Positions 24,101-36,679 of a stretch of DNA of 64,000 nucleotides are shown here, in pieces. The notes below the pieces were generated by a model. The model made no database searches and was not told the origin of the DNA. It worked only from the letters and a program-made list of their open reading frames with translations. The DNA comes from Styela clava (lineage: Eukaryota): NCBI RefSeq assembly GCF_964204865.1, contig NC_135256.1:22196001-22260000 (forward strand). The letters run 5' to 3'. Numbering within the stretch: the stretch's first letter is position 1; each line of letters begins with the position of its first letter. The position numbers were made by a program, and so were the translations under genes.

Positions 24101-27100
24101 GCGTGACAACGATGGGCCACGAGGCGGACCATCGTTGTCAACCTTTTTATTTTCTTTTTATTCAATTTTTTTTTTTTAATTTTTTTTTTTTTTTTTTTTC
24201 GTTTTTATTTATTTATTTTTTTTTAATTTCAATTTTTTTTTTTATTTTTTTTTTAATTATTTTCATGTTTTTTTACAAAAAAATTTTTATTATCGGTTTT
24301 TCATTTTATTTTTATTTTCAATTTTACGCGTGACAACGATGGGCCACCATAGATGTCTCTTTCATCTGCTACTATTTATAAAATGTGTTTACTGAACCCA
24401 AGAAATTTAAAAGCAATATAGTGTTCCATATCCTATTTGAATACACTCCATAAAAATTAATATATATATCATCGTTTTATTATAATTATATTATTGTGGC
24501 TCGATTAGGATAATATGGGATTTTCATATCTATCCCCGGGGAGTGGAAAACCGATAAGGCTTAATCATATGGCGAACCACGGCCTCTCGTACGGTTACCA
24601 TTCCATGTCGGGTATGGGATTAGTAAGTTGTTCGTTTTAGTAGTCATGGACTTGATGGTGGAGGAAGCCGTGACAACCAGCGGTCACGTGAACCACCTTA
24701 TGACGGCGAGGAGTCCAGTAATCCTCTCGCACATAACTATCCCGCATGGGACTCGAACCTGCGAACCCACGCAGTGTAATCAGAGGTGCGGTGGCGAGCG
24801 TATTCCAAAAGCTTAGCACGGTGAGCCACACCGCCGCGCGCAGCAAGATCGCAAATGAGTGTGAAAATTTGCTATTTATAATGAAAGTACTATAATTAAA
24901 TTCGTTATGCGTCATTAGAAAATCATATGATTTTCATTCTAATCATGCGTTTTCTTTATAGATCGCGATATTTGTGATATGGGTAGAAGCGGGAGTAGTA
25001 AATCTTGGTGCCATGGCGTGGAGTTTGCACAAATACCCATCAGGATCACTTAGTCCAACAGGAAAATCTTGCAGTGTTTACGGGCCAAAGTGTGTATTAG
25101 ACTAATTTTTCAGTAATCGTCTGCACGCCAGATGCGTTTGTCGTGTAATAGTAGGGAGACAAACAGGAAAAAATAATATTTTTTACAAAATGTACAAAAA
25201 CTTTTATTTGTATATATAACAGATTTATAAAAATCACGGAAAAGCGTATATATATTGCGATGTACAACTCCTCTTCTTGGTATGGTGTAGTGTAGAACAC
25301 AAAATAATTCCATAATTGGTGCATATCTGATGATGGTTTTTAAAATATGAACCATATATACCTGTATATATATAACAAGCACCAATCAAGTTATTTACTA
25401 GAACCGTAATTTAAATGTTTAAATTCGCTTTTGGTAATATTGTATGAAATTAGTAGTCTGTAACTCTGTATTAGTATATATATATATAGTTCATGTGTAA
25501 TTGCAGATTCCTAAATATTCTTTTCAGGAGTCCAACATTGCGAATGTTTACTTATATTACATGGCCTTTATATTTTTACCTCCCTACTTTGATCATTGTG
25601 ATATTGACGTTCGTTCTGGTGCGAATACTCATCAAAAGGCGATCTCTTAAACAACAAGGTAAGATTTGTGCACTGACTGTTATGGCAAATATTTAGAAAA
25701 TTTAATTTAACCGGTAGGTATATTTTTAATTGTGAATATGCAGTTCTATGTGAATAAGTTAACTTATCGTTATCACAGAAAGGAAGATGCAAATTATTAG
25801 ACAAATTGGGAAAAGAGACATGAGTAAAAGAGTATTCCTGACAATATAGCAAAAATGTAGAATTGAATAACGTTAATTTAAAAGATGAAGGTTGAAAATC
25901 GTAAATTTACCGGTAACGTGGTTCCGTCATACTTTATAAATTCTAATTTGATAATCATATACCAGATTCTTTAGTTTCAAACACATGTGTATTTTTACGA
26001 TAACTTTTGGAAGAATCTTCATAAAACTGAATACTTGATTCTCCTATGAAACAAAATCTATCTATAAAGTATCAAAAATAGTTGGATTTGTGTAGTTCAA
26101 ATCCATTCATACTTGAATATATTCGAATTTTACTAATCCGAACTCAAAATTCAACTGACGTGTCAGACGTTTGGTGTCAATTTCAGCTAAATGTATAAAT
26201 GATATCCAAGTTATAGAAAAGTTAGTCATATCCTTTTAAAACTATCTGCGACTCGCAAATAGATCTAGCCTATTTTCAAAAATATCCGGTACTCCCCCGT
26301 ATTCCTTGAGTTTTGTGTGATATATGAGACTATATGTATGAATCGAAACAACATCAAAACGCACTAAGCTTAAAAGTTTCAGTGATAAAAACACAAAACA
26401 AAATCACTATTTTTTTTATTACAGCCAAGAAAATTGATGCAAGCATAAGGAAAGAAACTGGCGCACTTGTTCAACTATCCTTTATTGTTGCTTCTTTCTT
26501 GATTGGATATTTACCGGACTTTGGTACGTTTTGAATCAATTGCTTTATTTTAAATTGTGGTGGTCGAGTGCATACGACCAATTCTCAGACAAAGAAGCCC
26601 CATAGGAATTGGAAAAACTAGAGTCAACATTTTAGTTTAATAAAACTTTAGTATAATATTCAATCACTCATTACCTATTTCGAAATAAAAAACAGCACTG
26701 ATCGGAGTTATGAAATGTACAAGTCGTTTCAAATCGATTTTAGTGTTTTCTTTCATTTTAATATATTTAATGGAAGGCATCATTTTTGTGCGGTTAATAA
26801 ATATGAACCCTCTAGGTAGCATATTATCGGGGATAACATTGTGCTTATAAATATAACAACACTTTCCCAACTCAAATTTACTTTCCCGAGTAGTCCAAAA
26901 ATACCAATAAAATTTATTTGAGCGCCTGAGATGGCGTCAATGTTTTGTTTTGAGCCAAGGTTGTTAGACAACGAACCCCGCATTAAAAAAAAATCTTGTA
27001 GTATTTAAAAGACATTGTTGTCAAAATTTCGTTTTTCTTAAAATATGCCTTTAACATTTTTTTCTGTCACGGAGGAGGGGATAATGAGTAGCCACTTTCA

Positions 27101-27975
27101 TTGGGCTCTGTACAAACTTGAAAGATAAATTCTTCTGTAAAAAGGCTGATAAATATTAACCTGTTCAATTAACTGAAGACATGGCAGGCTCATCAATTTC
27201 GAGATCTATCTGCAGATGGATATGTGAATGTGCAGCATGGTAACAACGTGACTAATAATAATAAATATATATACATAATATATATGCTTTTGCAGGTTAC
27301 AGGCTAACTATGGTAATAACGAGTCTACTTGGAATTAAATTTTATGGAAGAGGACCATGGTTATTTAGTATCACGTCTCATGTCTTCGTTAGAATATCGG
27401 AATGCTTGAATCCTATATTCTACAATCTCGGATCCAGGTATGAAAATTACACTATTTTCCTATAGAATTATGTATATACCAGCAGGAAACAACTTAGTTC
27501 TGTGTTTAGTGCCTAACCCTACAAAGGCATTGTAGATTAGTCATTTGGGTTTGGAGTCGTATTCGTGAGCATAATACAAACTCACAGTTCAAATGCCTGT
27601 TCAATTACGCAAGTATAGAATGACGTGGTAATCTGTGATAAGCCTAAAACAGCAGCCATTTCAAATCAAGTAAACATAGTAACGTTTAGCCTCAAATAGA
27701 GGGACGCTTTGAAATAGTCTGCTTCGAGGGTGACAAGGAGCAGCAAACCCCAGACCAACTGTAGGCTATATATATATATATATAACTGGAAATTCATACA
27801 GAACATTTTTTTTATTATTAATAACAGTCAGATGAGGAAGGCTACGAAAGATCTTCTTGGAATAGAAGATAATAAGCGTTCAACATCTACTCCGATAGAA
27901 ACGAAATCGAAGAAGAAAGAGAATATCGAAACATCTATCCCAATATCATCAAGTAAAGATAAAACTCGCCTATAG
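21158..27975 (+). CDS. Class A orphan GPCR, copy 3 (older paralogue), 399 aa; exons 21158-21312, 22073-22210, 22744-22873, 22983-23111, 24962-25089, 25528-25658, 26425-26523, 27296-27437, 27828-27975
   Basis: Internal exon sizes (138,130,129,128,131,99,142) are identical to copy 2. Motifs GLVAN, LCVSD, FCK, IRL, FYLP, FLIGYLP, ECLNPIFY; Ser/Thr-rich N-terminus with NxS/T sequons. Confidence 0.9.
23263..24352. mobile_element. Foldback-type long inverted-repeat element in GPCR copy 3 intron 4
   Basis: Arms ~23263-23711 and ~23830-24352 are reverse complements (ctatggtggcccatcgttgtcacg / cgtgacaacgatgggccaccatag; A-rich vs T-rich tracts); candidate 4-bp TSD atgt. Confidence 0.85.
24506..24836 (-). 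mobile_element. tRNA-derived SINE (window family)
   Basis: Near full-length reverse complement of 62344-62703. Confidence 0.9.
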
Positions 27976-28779
27976 AGGTGCTGTAAATAACGATATCTCG
28001 TCCCATGATTCCTTACAAATTGCACATTTTATACTGTTATACAACGTTCTCATGCGATTGACCGAGGTAAGCGATTGTTCCAGTCCAGTAAACTTTTCAT
28101 AACTCATGCCTCTGATTCTGAAGCTAATATGAGAACAGAATATTGGTTGTTTTGCCTCGTATACAGATAAATTAAGGAAAACGATCCTTTGATTCTACGA
28201 CAATACTCAATTATTGGACACGAAATGCACATGTATATGGAATGTTTTGCCAAATTTCTGTTGTTGTTGAAGTTTGTCTTGTAGTTATTTGGAAAAATCG
28301 CTTTTTGCTGCAACACACGGAACAATCGATTTTAAATTTTCAGTAGTTAAAAACGGGAGAAGTCGCTCGAAAACTACATTTTATTTCTCATTTAACGCTC
28401 ATTCGACCGATTCTGTATTGCTAGTCTGCTGATCCTTTCAGCGAACTCAGTGATTCTTGACTTCAACGCGTCGGTACCGGTACCGATGTGCACCCTTTGT
28501 GTTTTATAAATTTGAGCGTTGCTCACTTATTTCTCTTATATTATTATATTTTAAACAGCGTCTCAGGTTTTCTTTGTCTACACAGTTTCCTAATCAAATG
28601 CTTCTATTGCATATTGTGCCCAAATAAACGTACACTTATTCACATCCATGATAGCAATGGCATTTTGGAGTGTCAAAAAATGCGGTGTGTACGGTGACTT
28701 ACCACCTCTCTTACCAAGTAGTGATAGAGGTTGGTACAGTAAACTTCTTTAGCGCAATCTTGTAAGAATTGAAAATTAT

Positions 28780-29230
28780 GGTGAGATAATCGAATTTTTT
28801 CGAGGTTTTCCGGTCCCGGGAGCAAACATTTGAATTTACCTGTAAATAGGGGACTAACATAAAATCTTATTGAAATAATAATTGTCGTGACATCCTGCGA
28901 TTTTTTAAATGTTTCAGAGTTCGAATATTGGCAATTTTGTAAAAATAGAAATGTTTGTCAAAATAATCGAATTATTTCGAACTTTTCCGTTCCCTGGGAC
29001 AAAAATATGATTTCACCATTGAACAGACAACCAACATTTCGATCTATTTTGGGTTCGAATATTGGCAATTTTGTGACCATTTTGACAAGATAATGGAATT
29101 ATTTGGAAGTTTTCCGTCTCGGGGACAAAAATTTGAATTTAACTGTAAATAGAGAATTACTATATATTATATATATATATATAATTTATCGCAATAAAAC
29201 AATTCTCGAGACATCCTGCGATTTTTCGAG
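28780..29230. repeat. Degenerate tandem repeat, with an inverted related unit at ~29860-29950
   Basis: Recurrent ataatcgaatt..ttcg..ttttccg..ggga.aaaaa..tga.tt.ac units at ~28785, ~28963 and ~29090. Confidence 0.55.
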
Positions 29231-29237
29231 TAATAGT

Positions 29238-29850
29238 GCGGCGCCCCATTTAGAAGCCACTGTACAAGCGTGAGGATCACACTCGTCATCGAATCTCTGA
29301 TTACCCCACATGGGCTAGCAGGTTCGAATCCCGCGAGGGGGTTTCTGGAATCCTAGCCGCCTTAGGGTGGTTCATGTAGCCGCTGGTCGGTGACGGCTTC
29401 CTCCAACATCAAGTCCATGTATCTGAAACCGATAACTGACTAATAACCGTGTTTCCCCGAAAATAAGACCTAGCCAACAGCGCAAATTTTTTTTTGATCT
29501 AGTGACCTAGTCGATAGCAAGAGATCTCTTATACACGTTTTAAATGATTAATCTAAAACGTGTGAGAGAGGAAAACGTTTTTATAAGTAAATGGATATCG
29601 GTTTTCGTATTTTTTATAATTTATTTGAAAATCTCGTAATTCTCTACTTCGTATTTTTGTTTTTGGAGAATAAAAATAAAAGACATCCCTAAAAACAGGC
29701 CCTGGTGTCATTTTTCGAATAAAAATTGAAGTAATACCCAGTTTTATTCTCTGGGAAACACAGTAATCACATACCCACTCGGACGAGAGGCCGTAGTTCC
29801 CTCAATGATTTAATCGCCATATCGACTTGATAGGCCCCTGGGATAGGTAT
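29238..29850 (+). mobile_element. tRNA-derived SINE interrupted by a Tc1/mariner-pogo MITE
   Basis: SINE head and core at 29238-29446; the SINE resumes at 29764 (cataccc..gacgagaggccg). Confidence 0.8.
29447..29763. mobile_element. Tc1/mariner-pogo MITE
   Basis: TIR ccgtgtttccccgaaaataagac with degenerate right end ttattctctgggaaacacag followed by TA; same TIR as 35859-35951. Confidence 0.8.
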
Positions 29851-31404
29851 GTATATCGTATTCAACGGTGAAATCGTATTTTTTCCAGCGGGGATAATAA
29901 AAAAAAATAATTTGATCATCTCGTAAACAAGGGCAATTTCTACGAACTTGCAACCATTCGTATTGCAATGAGTCCGAAACTCACAGAATGTCACAATTAG
30001 ATGTCATGTTAGTCCTCTATTGTAAAAATATAACTTAAAAATTCTGATCTTTATTTTACGTAATTTGACCTGATTTGATGCAATTCTGATAAATACGACA
30101 CGATTCTCATCACAGTGTGGTACTACATCAATCAGAATGCCTTTATACATATTTCCACCGTGTCCAAGAACCTCTTTGGAAGGTTGGATCAATCTGCGCC
30201 ACCTTGATGTAACTAATCCTGTTTGTTTTCTGTAATAGGCCATGGGCCCATTGCTAATATATATTATCCGATTTTATATCCTTTGACTAAAATAGTTGAA
30301 AATATATATCCTTGACTATATATCATTTATTATCAAATGGCTTTTCTACAAACTGAGTCACATTTCTGGCATAAACATTAAAGCAACAGCATTACTATAC
30401 ACTATTAAAGCTTACTGTGAATAAGGTAAGCAGAGTTTCAAAGAATAAATCATGTAGAAAGTCATCATCTGAAGTGGCTTATCAATATCCATTTATATGA
30501 GACAGTGCAACAACAAAAAGCATGGAAAATAAAACATCAGAGGTGTAGTACAGGGTCAGCATGTCAGATCTAGTAGGCAATGCAGAGAACCAGGAAATGC
30601 CGTTTAAAAAACAAAAAAACCCACTTCAGTCAGGTAGTACAAAATAGGATAGGAAATAATGAAAATTCAGAAACATAATACCATTACATGATATTTCGCT
30701 ATATATCAGTGCTGGCTTCTTGTCTAGAGCCCAAAACCAAGAATTCAGATACATTGAAAGAAAATATGGCTATTTGCTGCCATGTAACGCAACACAAAAT
30801 AACAGGAATGATAAAGCTATATTTGAGATAAATTGGCAATACATCTGAACATCAACAAAACAGGCTTAATTTAGTCAAAAATGAATAATTTTCAAGTGCT
30901 ATATACCAAAACAATTAATTGCCCTAAAAAGTATGCATAATCAATGGCCAAATTTAACAATCAGCAGTATATAATGATTGTCAATATTACAGCTTTTCTG
31001 TCACATTCTGACCTATCGTGTAACAAAATTAATAGTGTATATAGCAGTGGTTACAACCGAAGCCCATGGCCCTTCAATGGGGCCACAGAACATTAGCTAG
31101 CCCCAAATCTAATTTCACTTTATACTTAAGAAAAATCCTCATTTCATGCTTGATAAGGTTATTTCACAGGGTGTTTTGACTTTGTTAAGCATGACTTATT
31201 TGAACATACTGGGATTTGGAATCCACCAATAAAAATAACACCATAAATACCACTGGAATGATAAACAGGAAACCATCATTGCTGAGAACCTCCGAATGGG
31301 GGGAACATCAGTGCCAAAAGCCTCAGGAAGAGGGGCCACGAGCCAAAAAGAGTTGGGAACCATGGGTATGGTGGATTATTAGTAATATAGTAGTAACCCT
31401 TGAC

Positions 31405-31820
31405 TAGGGTTACCATATTTTTCTAACTTCAAAGCGGGACGATACAAATGATCCGAATAATGAAATAGTCTGCCGTTTTCAAGCATTGAGATTTACATAT
31501 TCGCCCAAGCATGCTTTTCTGTAGATAACGCCTTCAAAAAGACGTTGTTCAATGTTCAACAGGACCAATTAGAATCGATTTGACATGTGATACGTTTGCT
31601 AACAATTTTAGCGGGAAACAACGAAACAAACAAAATAACACATTCACCTTCTGTAAGTAGGCTAGCGTTGCGCTACCCAGCAACAACAGTAATGAAAGCA
31701 TGTTCGTTTATTATGCTGGATGGCTAAACGCCAAAGCCGGACCTGAGTTGGCTGATTTATCGGGACAAGATGCTAAAAAGCGGGACCGTCCTGCCTGAAG
31801 CGGGACGTATGGTAAGTCTA
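31405..31820. mobile_element. hAT-Blackjack-like MITE
   Basis: TIRs tagggttaccata / tatggtaagtcta; TSD cccttgac/cctttgac (7/8); subterminal cgggac repeats. Confidence 0.85.
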
Positions 31821-32271
31821 CCTTTGACATAACATGGAATGCTTTGTAAAATGGCCAATTTTTTAAAAACAATTATACTGAAGTTTTGTTATATTGCAAA
31901 CATTCAGGAGGTAATTACTCATTGTTTTATCGATTGTGTGTTGCAAATACTTTCAACAAGAACAGACTTACTGTAGTGCAAGGAATTGGGTAAATAATAA
32001 TTTTACAATGATTTGATTAAATAAAAAAATGCAATATATATTTATTAGTTCATAAAACATCTATAATGATTAGTATAAAATCAAGAAAAAATAGCTAATA
32101 CATAATGCTAATGATATACAAATATCAGCTAAAAGCTAAAACTTTAATGCATAAGATATACAGCAAATTAGGATAAGAAACTACATGTTATTGACATATT
32201 GGCAGTGGGATTATGGCAATTTGATTCTATAAATCAAACCTACCAATCTCATTTGAATGGAATCCAGCCGA

Positions 32272-33351
32272 TTACCCTTTCTTAGAGGAATGATGTTTTT
32301 GTGCAATTCCATATGGGACATGAGCTGAAGGAACACCATGTTTTTGTCCACTTTCAACATTCTTAATTTGATCATCAAAAAATATGTGAGGTTGTATTTT
32401 TTGTAAAATTGGTCCTTTTGGCGCACCCGCTAAAAACAGGGCTTCGTCAATGTCAAGTCCCCAACCACGAAGAGTTTTCAAAGCTCGTATTCCAGAACTT
32501 GCACCGCTTCGTGCAGTCACAAGATAAGTCCTGATAGGGCAATCTTCAATCAAACCTTTATCATGGAACTTTTTTTTCATTTTACCAAGTGTCATTGCAA
32601 ATTGGTGAAGGGGTCCGACATCAAGAGGTTTATCTGCCATTTCGAACTCGTGCTCGAAAAACTTATTTAACCCTTGAGTCTTCGCAAGAATTTCAGCCTC
32701 ATCTGAAAAAAGAACTGCATCTCCATCAAAAGCTACTCGGAGCTGTTTGCTGGACGAGTCAACATGACTGACTGGTGAGACAACAGCTGAAGCGATTCCA
32801 TCACTTAAAGCTTCAATAACACTGCAGGAGTCAACAGATAGATATAAATCAGTATCATAAGCTTTCAAATACCCAATAACACTGTTTCCAGCAGTGAGGC
32901 AAATTCTTTCTACCGTCAGGTCATGGTAGTTTATTGAATTTATCAATGCAACACCTATTTGAGCATGATTGTTACTCATGAGAACAATATCGAATAAATG
33001 TTTTTCATTTAAATCCATTTCCAACAACCTCTCATTCACGGAGTTCAAAGCTCTAACAAATGGAAATGCCGCCCCAGGTTTGAGTGGTTCATCTTCGTGT
33101 TTCAAAACATGATCAAGATATGGCTTTAGTCCTTCTTCCGCATAAATTTGCCGTTCTTTAGTCATGTCAAAGAGAGCACGTGAAGAAACGCAAACAATTA
33201 TAGCATCCTCAGGTTTTGGAATGGGCCATTTCTGAATTTTCTTTGTTTCTGGAGACTCGCTGGAATCAGGTGTCTTGGCTACTTTTGTCAGCTTTACTTT
33301 TTCTGCAGATTTTGTTGCAGATCCTAACATTGTTGGGTTTTTTAATTTCAT
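32272..33351 (-). CDS. NT5C1: Cytosolic 5'-nucleotidase 1 (NT5C1A/B family, HAD superfamily), single coding exon, 359 aa
   Basis: Family motifs [30 protein letters not shown] (HAD motif I), [43 protein letters not shown]. Confidence 0.95.
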   Translation of the reverse strand: MKLKNPTMLGSATKSAEKVKLTKVAKTPDSSESPETKKIQKWPIPKPEDAIIVCVSSRALFDMTKERQIYAEEGLKPYLDHVLKHEDEPLKPGAAFPFVRALNSVNERLLEMDLNEKHLFDIVLMSNNHAQIGVALINSINYHDLTVERICLTAGNSVIGYLKAYDTDLYLSVDSCSVIEALSDGIASAVVSPVSHVDSSSKQLRVAFDGDAVLFSDEAEILAKTQGLNKFFEHEFEMADKPLDVGPLHQFAMTLGKMKKKFHDKGLIEDCPIRTYLVTARSGASSGIRALKTLRGWGLDIDEALFLAGAPKGPILQKIQPHIFFDDQIKNVESGQKHGVPSAHVPYGIAQKHHSSKKG

Positions 33352-33726
33352 ATGGACTCAATGTTTTCTATTTTCTGGTAATCAAAAACAAATTTTCCAA
33401 ATTTACTGTCATACCGGTAGCCTACCGATACCGGTATAGCAGCGTCTTCATAGTCCTGTAGTCTAAATACATATTAGTTATTACCCTCTCCACAAGTCAG
33501 CAAGTGGAAATCATTAATGCATCAGAGTGATCTGACACTAGAATAATCTTAACCCACTGACCTAGGGCTTTAACCTAAAAAAAATTTAAATACTCGATAA
33601 CGCACTATTAATGCAGGAATGGGCCATGACTCAAGCAGTTAATTCATAATTGCATTCTACAGTTCTAGCTTCATAGCTTAGAATAAGTCAGTCATAGGCC
33701 TACCGGTACGGTACATTGTTGAGAAG

Positions 33727-34186
33727 GGATCTCATGTAGTTTCGTACCTAGCATACTTCTAGTGGGCGTAGCATAACAATTTTTTCACGTGGCAATCCTA
33801 ACCCCCACCTGCCCACCTGACCACACCATCCAAAAATTACGTCACTACGACGTCCGAGTGACGTAATAGAGCCCTTCAAACTATGCGAACTGTCATCCAA
33901 CGCGCGCAGACGAGAACTCGAAATCGAACAGCCATTTCTCTCGTTTTCTCGTCGCAACGATCCCGATAGGAGAGAGATCGCTGACGTTAGTCAGTTCTTT
34001 ATCGTCGGCGCCGATGCCATTTCGGGCGATCGTACGAGAATTTGGCAAGCTCTATGACGTGATTGTGACGTCGTAGTGACGTAATTTTGGAATGGCGTAG
34101 TCAGGTGAGGGTTAGGATTGGCATGTCAAAAAATTGTTATGCTACGCCTATTAGAAGTACGTTACGTACGAAACTACACGAGACCC
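33727..34186. mobile_element. Mutator-like MITE with ~130-bp TIRs, just upstream of NT5C1
   Basis: ggatctcatgtagtttcgtac... / ...gtacgaaactacacgagaccc; candidate 9-bp TSD gttgagaag/attaagaag (7/9); related left end near 63698. Confidence 0.8.
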
Positions 34187-34582
34187 ATTAAGAAGACCGT
34201 GTTTCACAGCAGATATGCTGAATATGTGCAATTAAAATAATTTCGACATTTCTAAAATTGATATTTATGTGGGAACAATGAGAAATAAGGCGGTGGTTGT
34301 ATATTCAATATCATGGTTTGGTGCATGTATAATCAGATTGTAGGCCCTGACTCGTACCGTAACTTTTCAAAACACCCAAGCATACAAAACTCGCTATAGT
34401 AAAGTTAGGGAGAATCTTCCCGGGGTCAAGGGTCGGGGAAAAGTCCATACTTGTGTTAATGTGTTACGATCCCGGGGAATTCTGAGCCCGGGATCTCGGA
34501 ATTTATTATATGATTAATACATGAACTCATAAACACGAACATATCACGTTAGTTGTACTGTCGTTACATCATCAAAATGTGT

Positions 34583-35172
34583 AAACGAGCTAGCGATCAG
34601 AGACCGACGACTTATCGATCTAGTGGCGTGTATCTATCGCTCTGACTCAATAGCGATACCGCGTGTTCCACCACTAATTAATTAACATGAGATCTATGCT
34701 CAAATATATGGACACGTCACAAGATGTCGCTATTTTTCATTCTGACACATAAAAAACGAATCTCTTGAAGTCCACAGAAATTTTTGAAATAAGTAAAAGT
34801 AATAGCCTTCTGGAAAAAAAATTAATCTTCATCCACTGAAATTTCGAAGCAATTCGTCTAGTATTCGAAGAGAAAAGCGATTTTATCATGACGAAGGAGA
34901 AGAATAACAAGAACAACAACATAATATTGAAACGATCGTTATGTACACTGACGTGTCCAATAACTCGCTAATTATACGACATAATTCATCCAAAATCAAT
35001 AGGCTTCTGGTCCCAATGATGATGAATGCACATGCAAAATTTGGAGATGATTCAACCTCGCTTTCGTGAGATATCGCGTGCATCTAACAGACAGACAGAC
35101 AAAAAGTCAGACAAACAGACAGACAGACACATACCTATGGACATACTTACCGATCTAAAGATCGATAAGTAA
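34583..35172 (+). mobile_element. DINE-1/Helentron-like element, family B, containing a family A copy at 34684-34963
   Basis: Subterminal IR acttatcgatc / gatcgataagt, (GACA)n microsatellite and 3' hairpin tacttaccgatc-taaa-gatcgataagta; the inner element is bounded by ggacacgtca / tgacgtgtcc. Confidence 0.6.
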
Positions 35173-35858
35173 CAATGTGCACGTTTTCCAATGATTTGAA
35201 AATTACTATGAGTCGGAATTGAACCAAGGTTTGTCCAAACCTCACTGTCCCGTTTTTTTTTTGTTTCATATAAATGGTAAGCCCATACAAATGTCCATAA
35301 AACGCATTACACATGTTGCACAAACCCCTTACATACATAAATTCATAGCCTACAAGAATCCCTCTACAGATAGACACCGATAGTTGTGGACTGTCTTCGA
35401 TTTCAAACGCAACGTTATTTTGGAAAAAAGCCTCGTATTATGATCAAGATATCGATAAGTTTGGATGCATTGTGAGTCGTAATAAAATTGCTGACTTGGC
35501 GATAAATATATCTCACAGATTGTTCGGTACTGAAGAATCCAATGGAGAAACACTTAAAAATGCTGAATATTTGATCCAAAAAAATAGCAGCCTCGACGAT
35601 AACACTCAAATGACATTGGCACAAGAACTTCATGCTTCCGTTGCACGGGATGAAAACGAATAGGGACAAAGGTGTCCTTTTTATGGAGGTTGAATGGTGG
35701 TGGTTGGGAACAATAATAAAACCAACCTCAGTTGAGGCTGAGAGTGCATTTTCGGCTCTTGGATTTTTTACCAGCCATATGTGAAATTGTGATGACACTC
35801 TCGATGCTCTCATTGTTTTTGCGTCAGTTTTATAAGAAATAAACATGACGGCTTATTA

Positions 35859-35951
35859 CCGCGTTTCCCCGAAAATAAGACTGGGGGGTGGGGCTCATAT
35901 TAAGAGCATTTTTAAAAATTCAGGCTAGGTCTTAGTTTCGGGGAAACACGG
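35859..35951. mobile_element. 93-bp Tc1/mariner-pogo MITE
   Basis: TA-ccgcgtttccccgaaaataagac ... gtcttagtttcggggaaacacgg-TA. Confidence 0.9.
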
Positions 35952-36679
35952 TATATTTTTGTATGTTTCCTAATCCTATTAATCCCGGGATTAGATGTTG
36001 AAAATTCCGAGCCCGGGATTTCAGATCTAATACCGAAATAAAAACCCTAGTCCATACGCGCAGGTGCAGTTAAAATAAAGTACAAGCAGATGGTAGGTAA
36101 GTTTATTCCGATTAACCGTTACAACAAAATGAAGAAACAATACAGGGCAAAACAAGCAAATAGACCTATACAAAAAACAAGGACAGTGGCAAAAATCAAT
36201 AAGATTTGAGGCGTGCTGATACACGTGCACACAAAACAGTAAACATACTCGGCATGGAGTAGAAATCAGATGAGAACCCGGGGTTCGTGGTTCACATGAT
36301 CAAGCGCTGGCTTTCTCTCTCTCCAGAGATGAATATGTAAATTATGATCCTCCTAACAAGATTGATGATTCGGAGCCACGTAAAAAATATAGAGTAGGAT
36401 TGGTAACATAACAGACAAAAATATGCATTGCGACAAAATAGCAACATGCCACATAGCGACAACTAGATATGTATATAAAGCCATATGATGATGTGCATAC
36501 TCAGCCAATGTCATATGCAGCCAATCAGATATACATATACGACCATTCAAGTATAATGTACGCATATAACGCCATATGTATGTACAGTCAACCCAAATAT
36601 AGGCATAAAGACATTTCAGTAATTTACATACAGATAGGCCTACTTCAACTTTCATCGAGAGAAATTTTATGTTTATAGA

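Larger units (their letters stand above)
34451..36049 (+). mobile_element. Decayed hAT (hATm-like) element hosting three nested insertions
   Basis: Perfect 8-bp TSD gtccatac (34443-34450, 36050-36057); subterminal cccggga repeats at both ends; ~35712-35815 reads IIKPTSVEAESAFSALGFF...DDTLDAL (hAT dimerisation motif). Confidence 0.75.

Noticed and set aside
24103-24333. Phe-rich 76-aa ORF that looks like a membrane protein
   Set aside because: Translation of the T-rich arm of the foldback element.
28690-30243. Exon-like segments on - (about 30229-30070 and 28760-28703) downstream of NT5C1
   Set aside because: Splice sites are plausible but phases do not chain and no protein similarity is recognisable; could be non-coding exons and needs RNA-seq.
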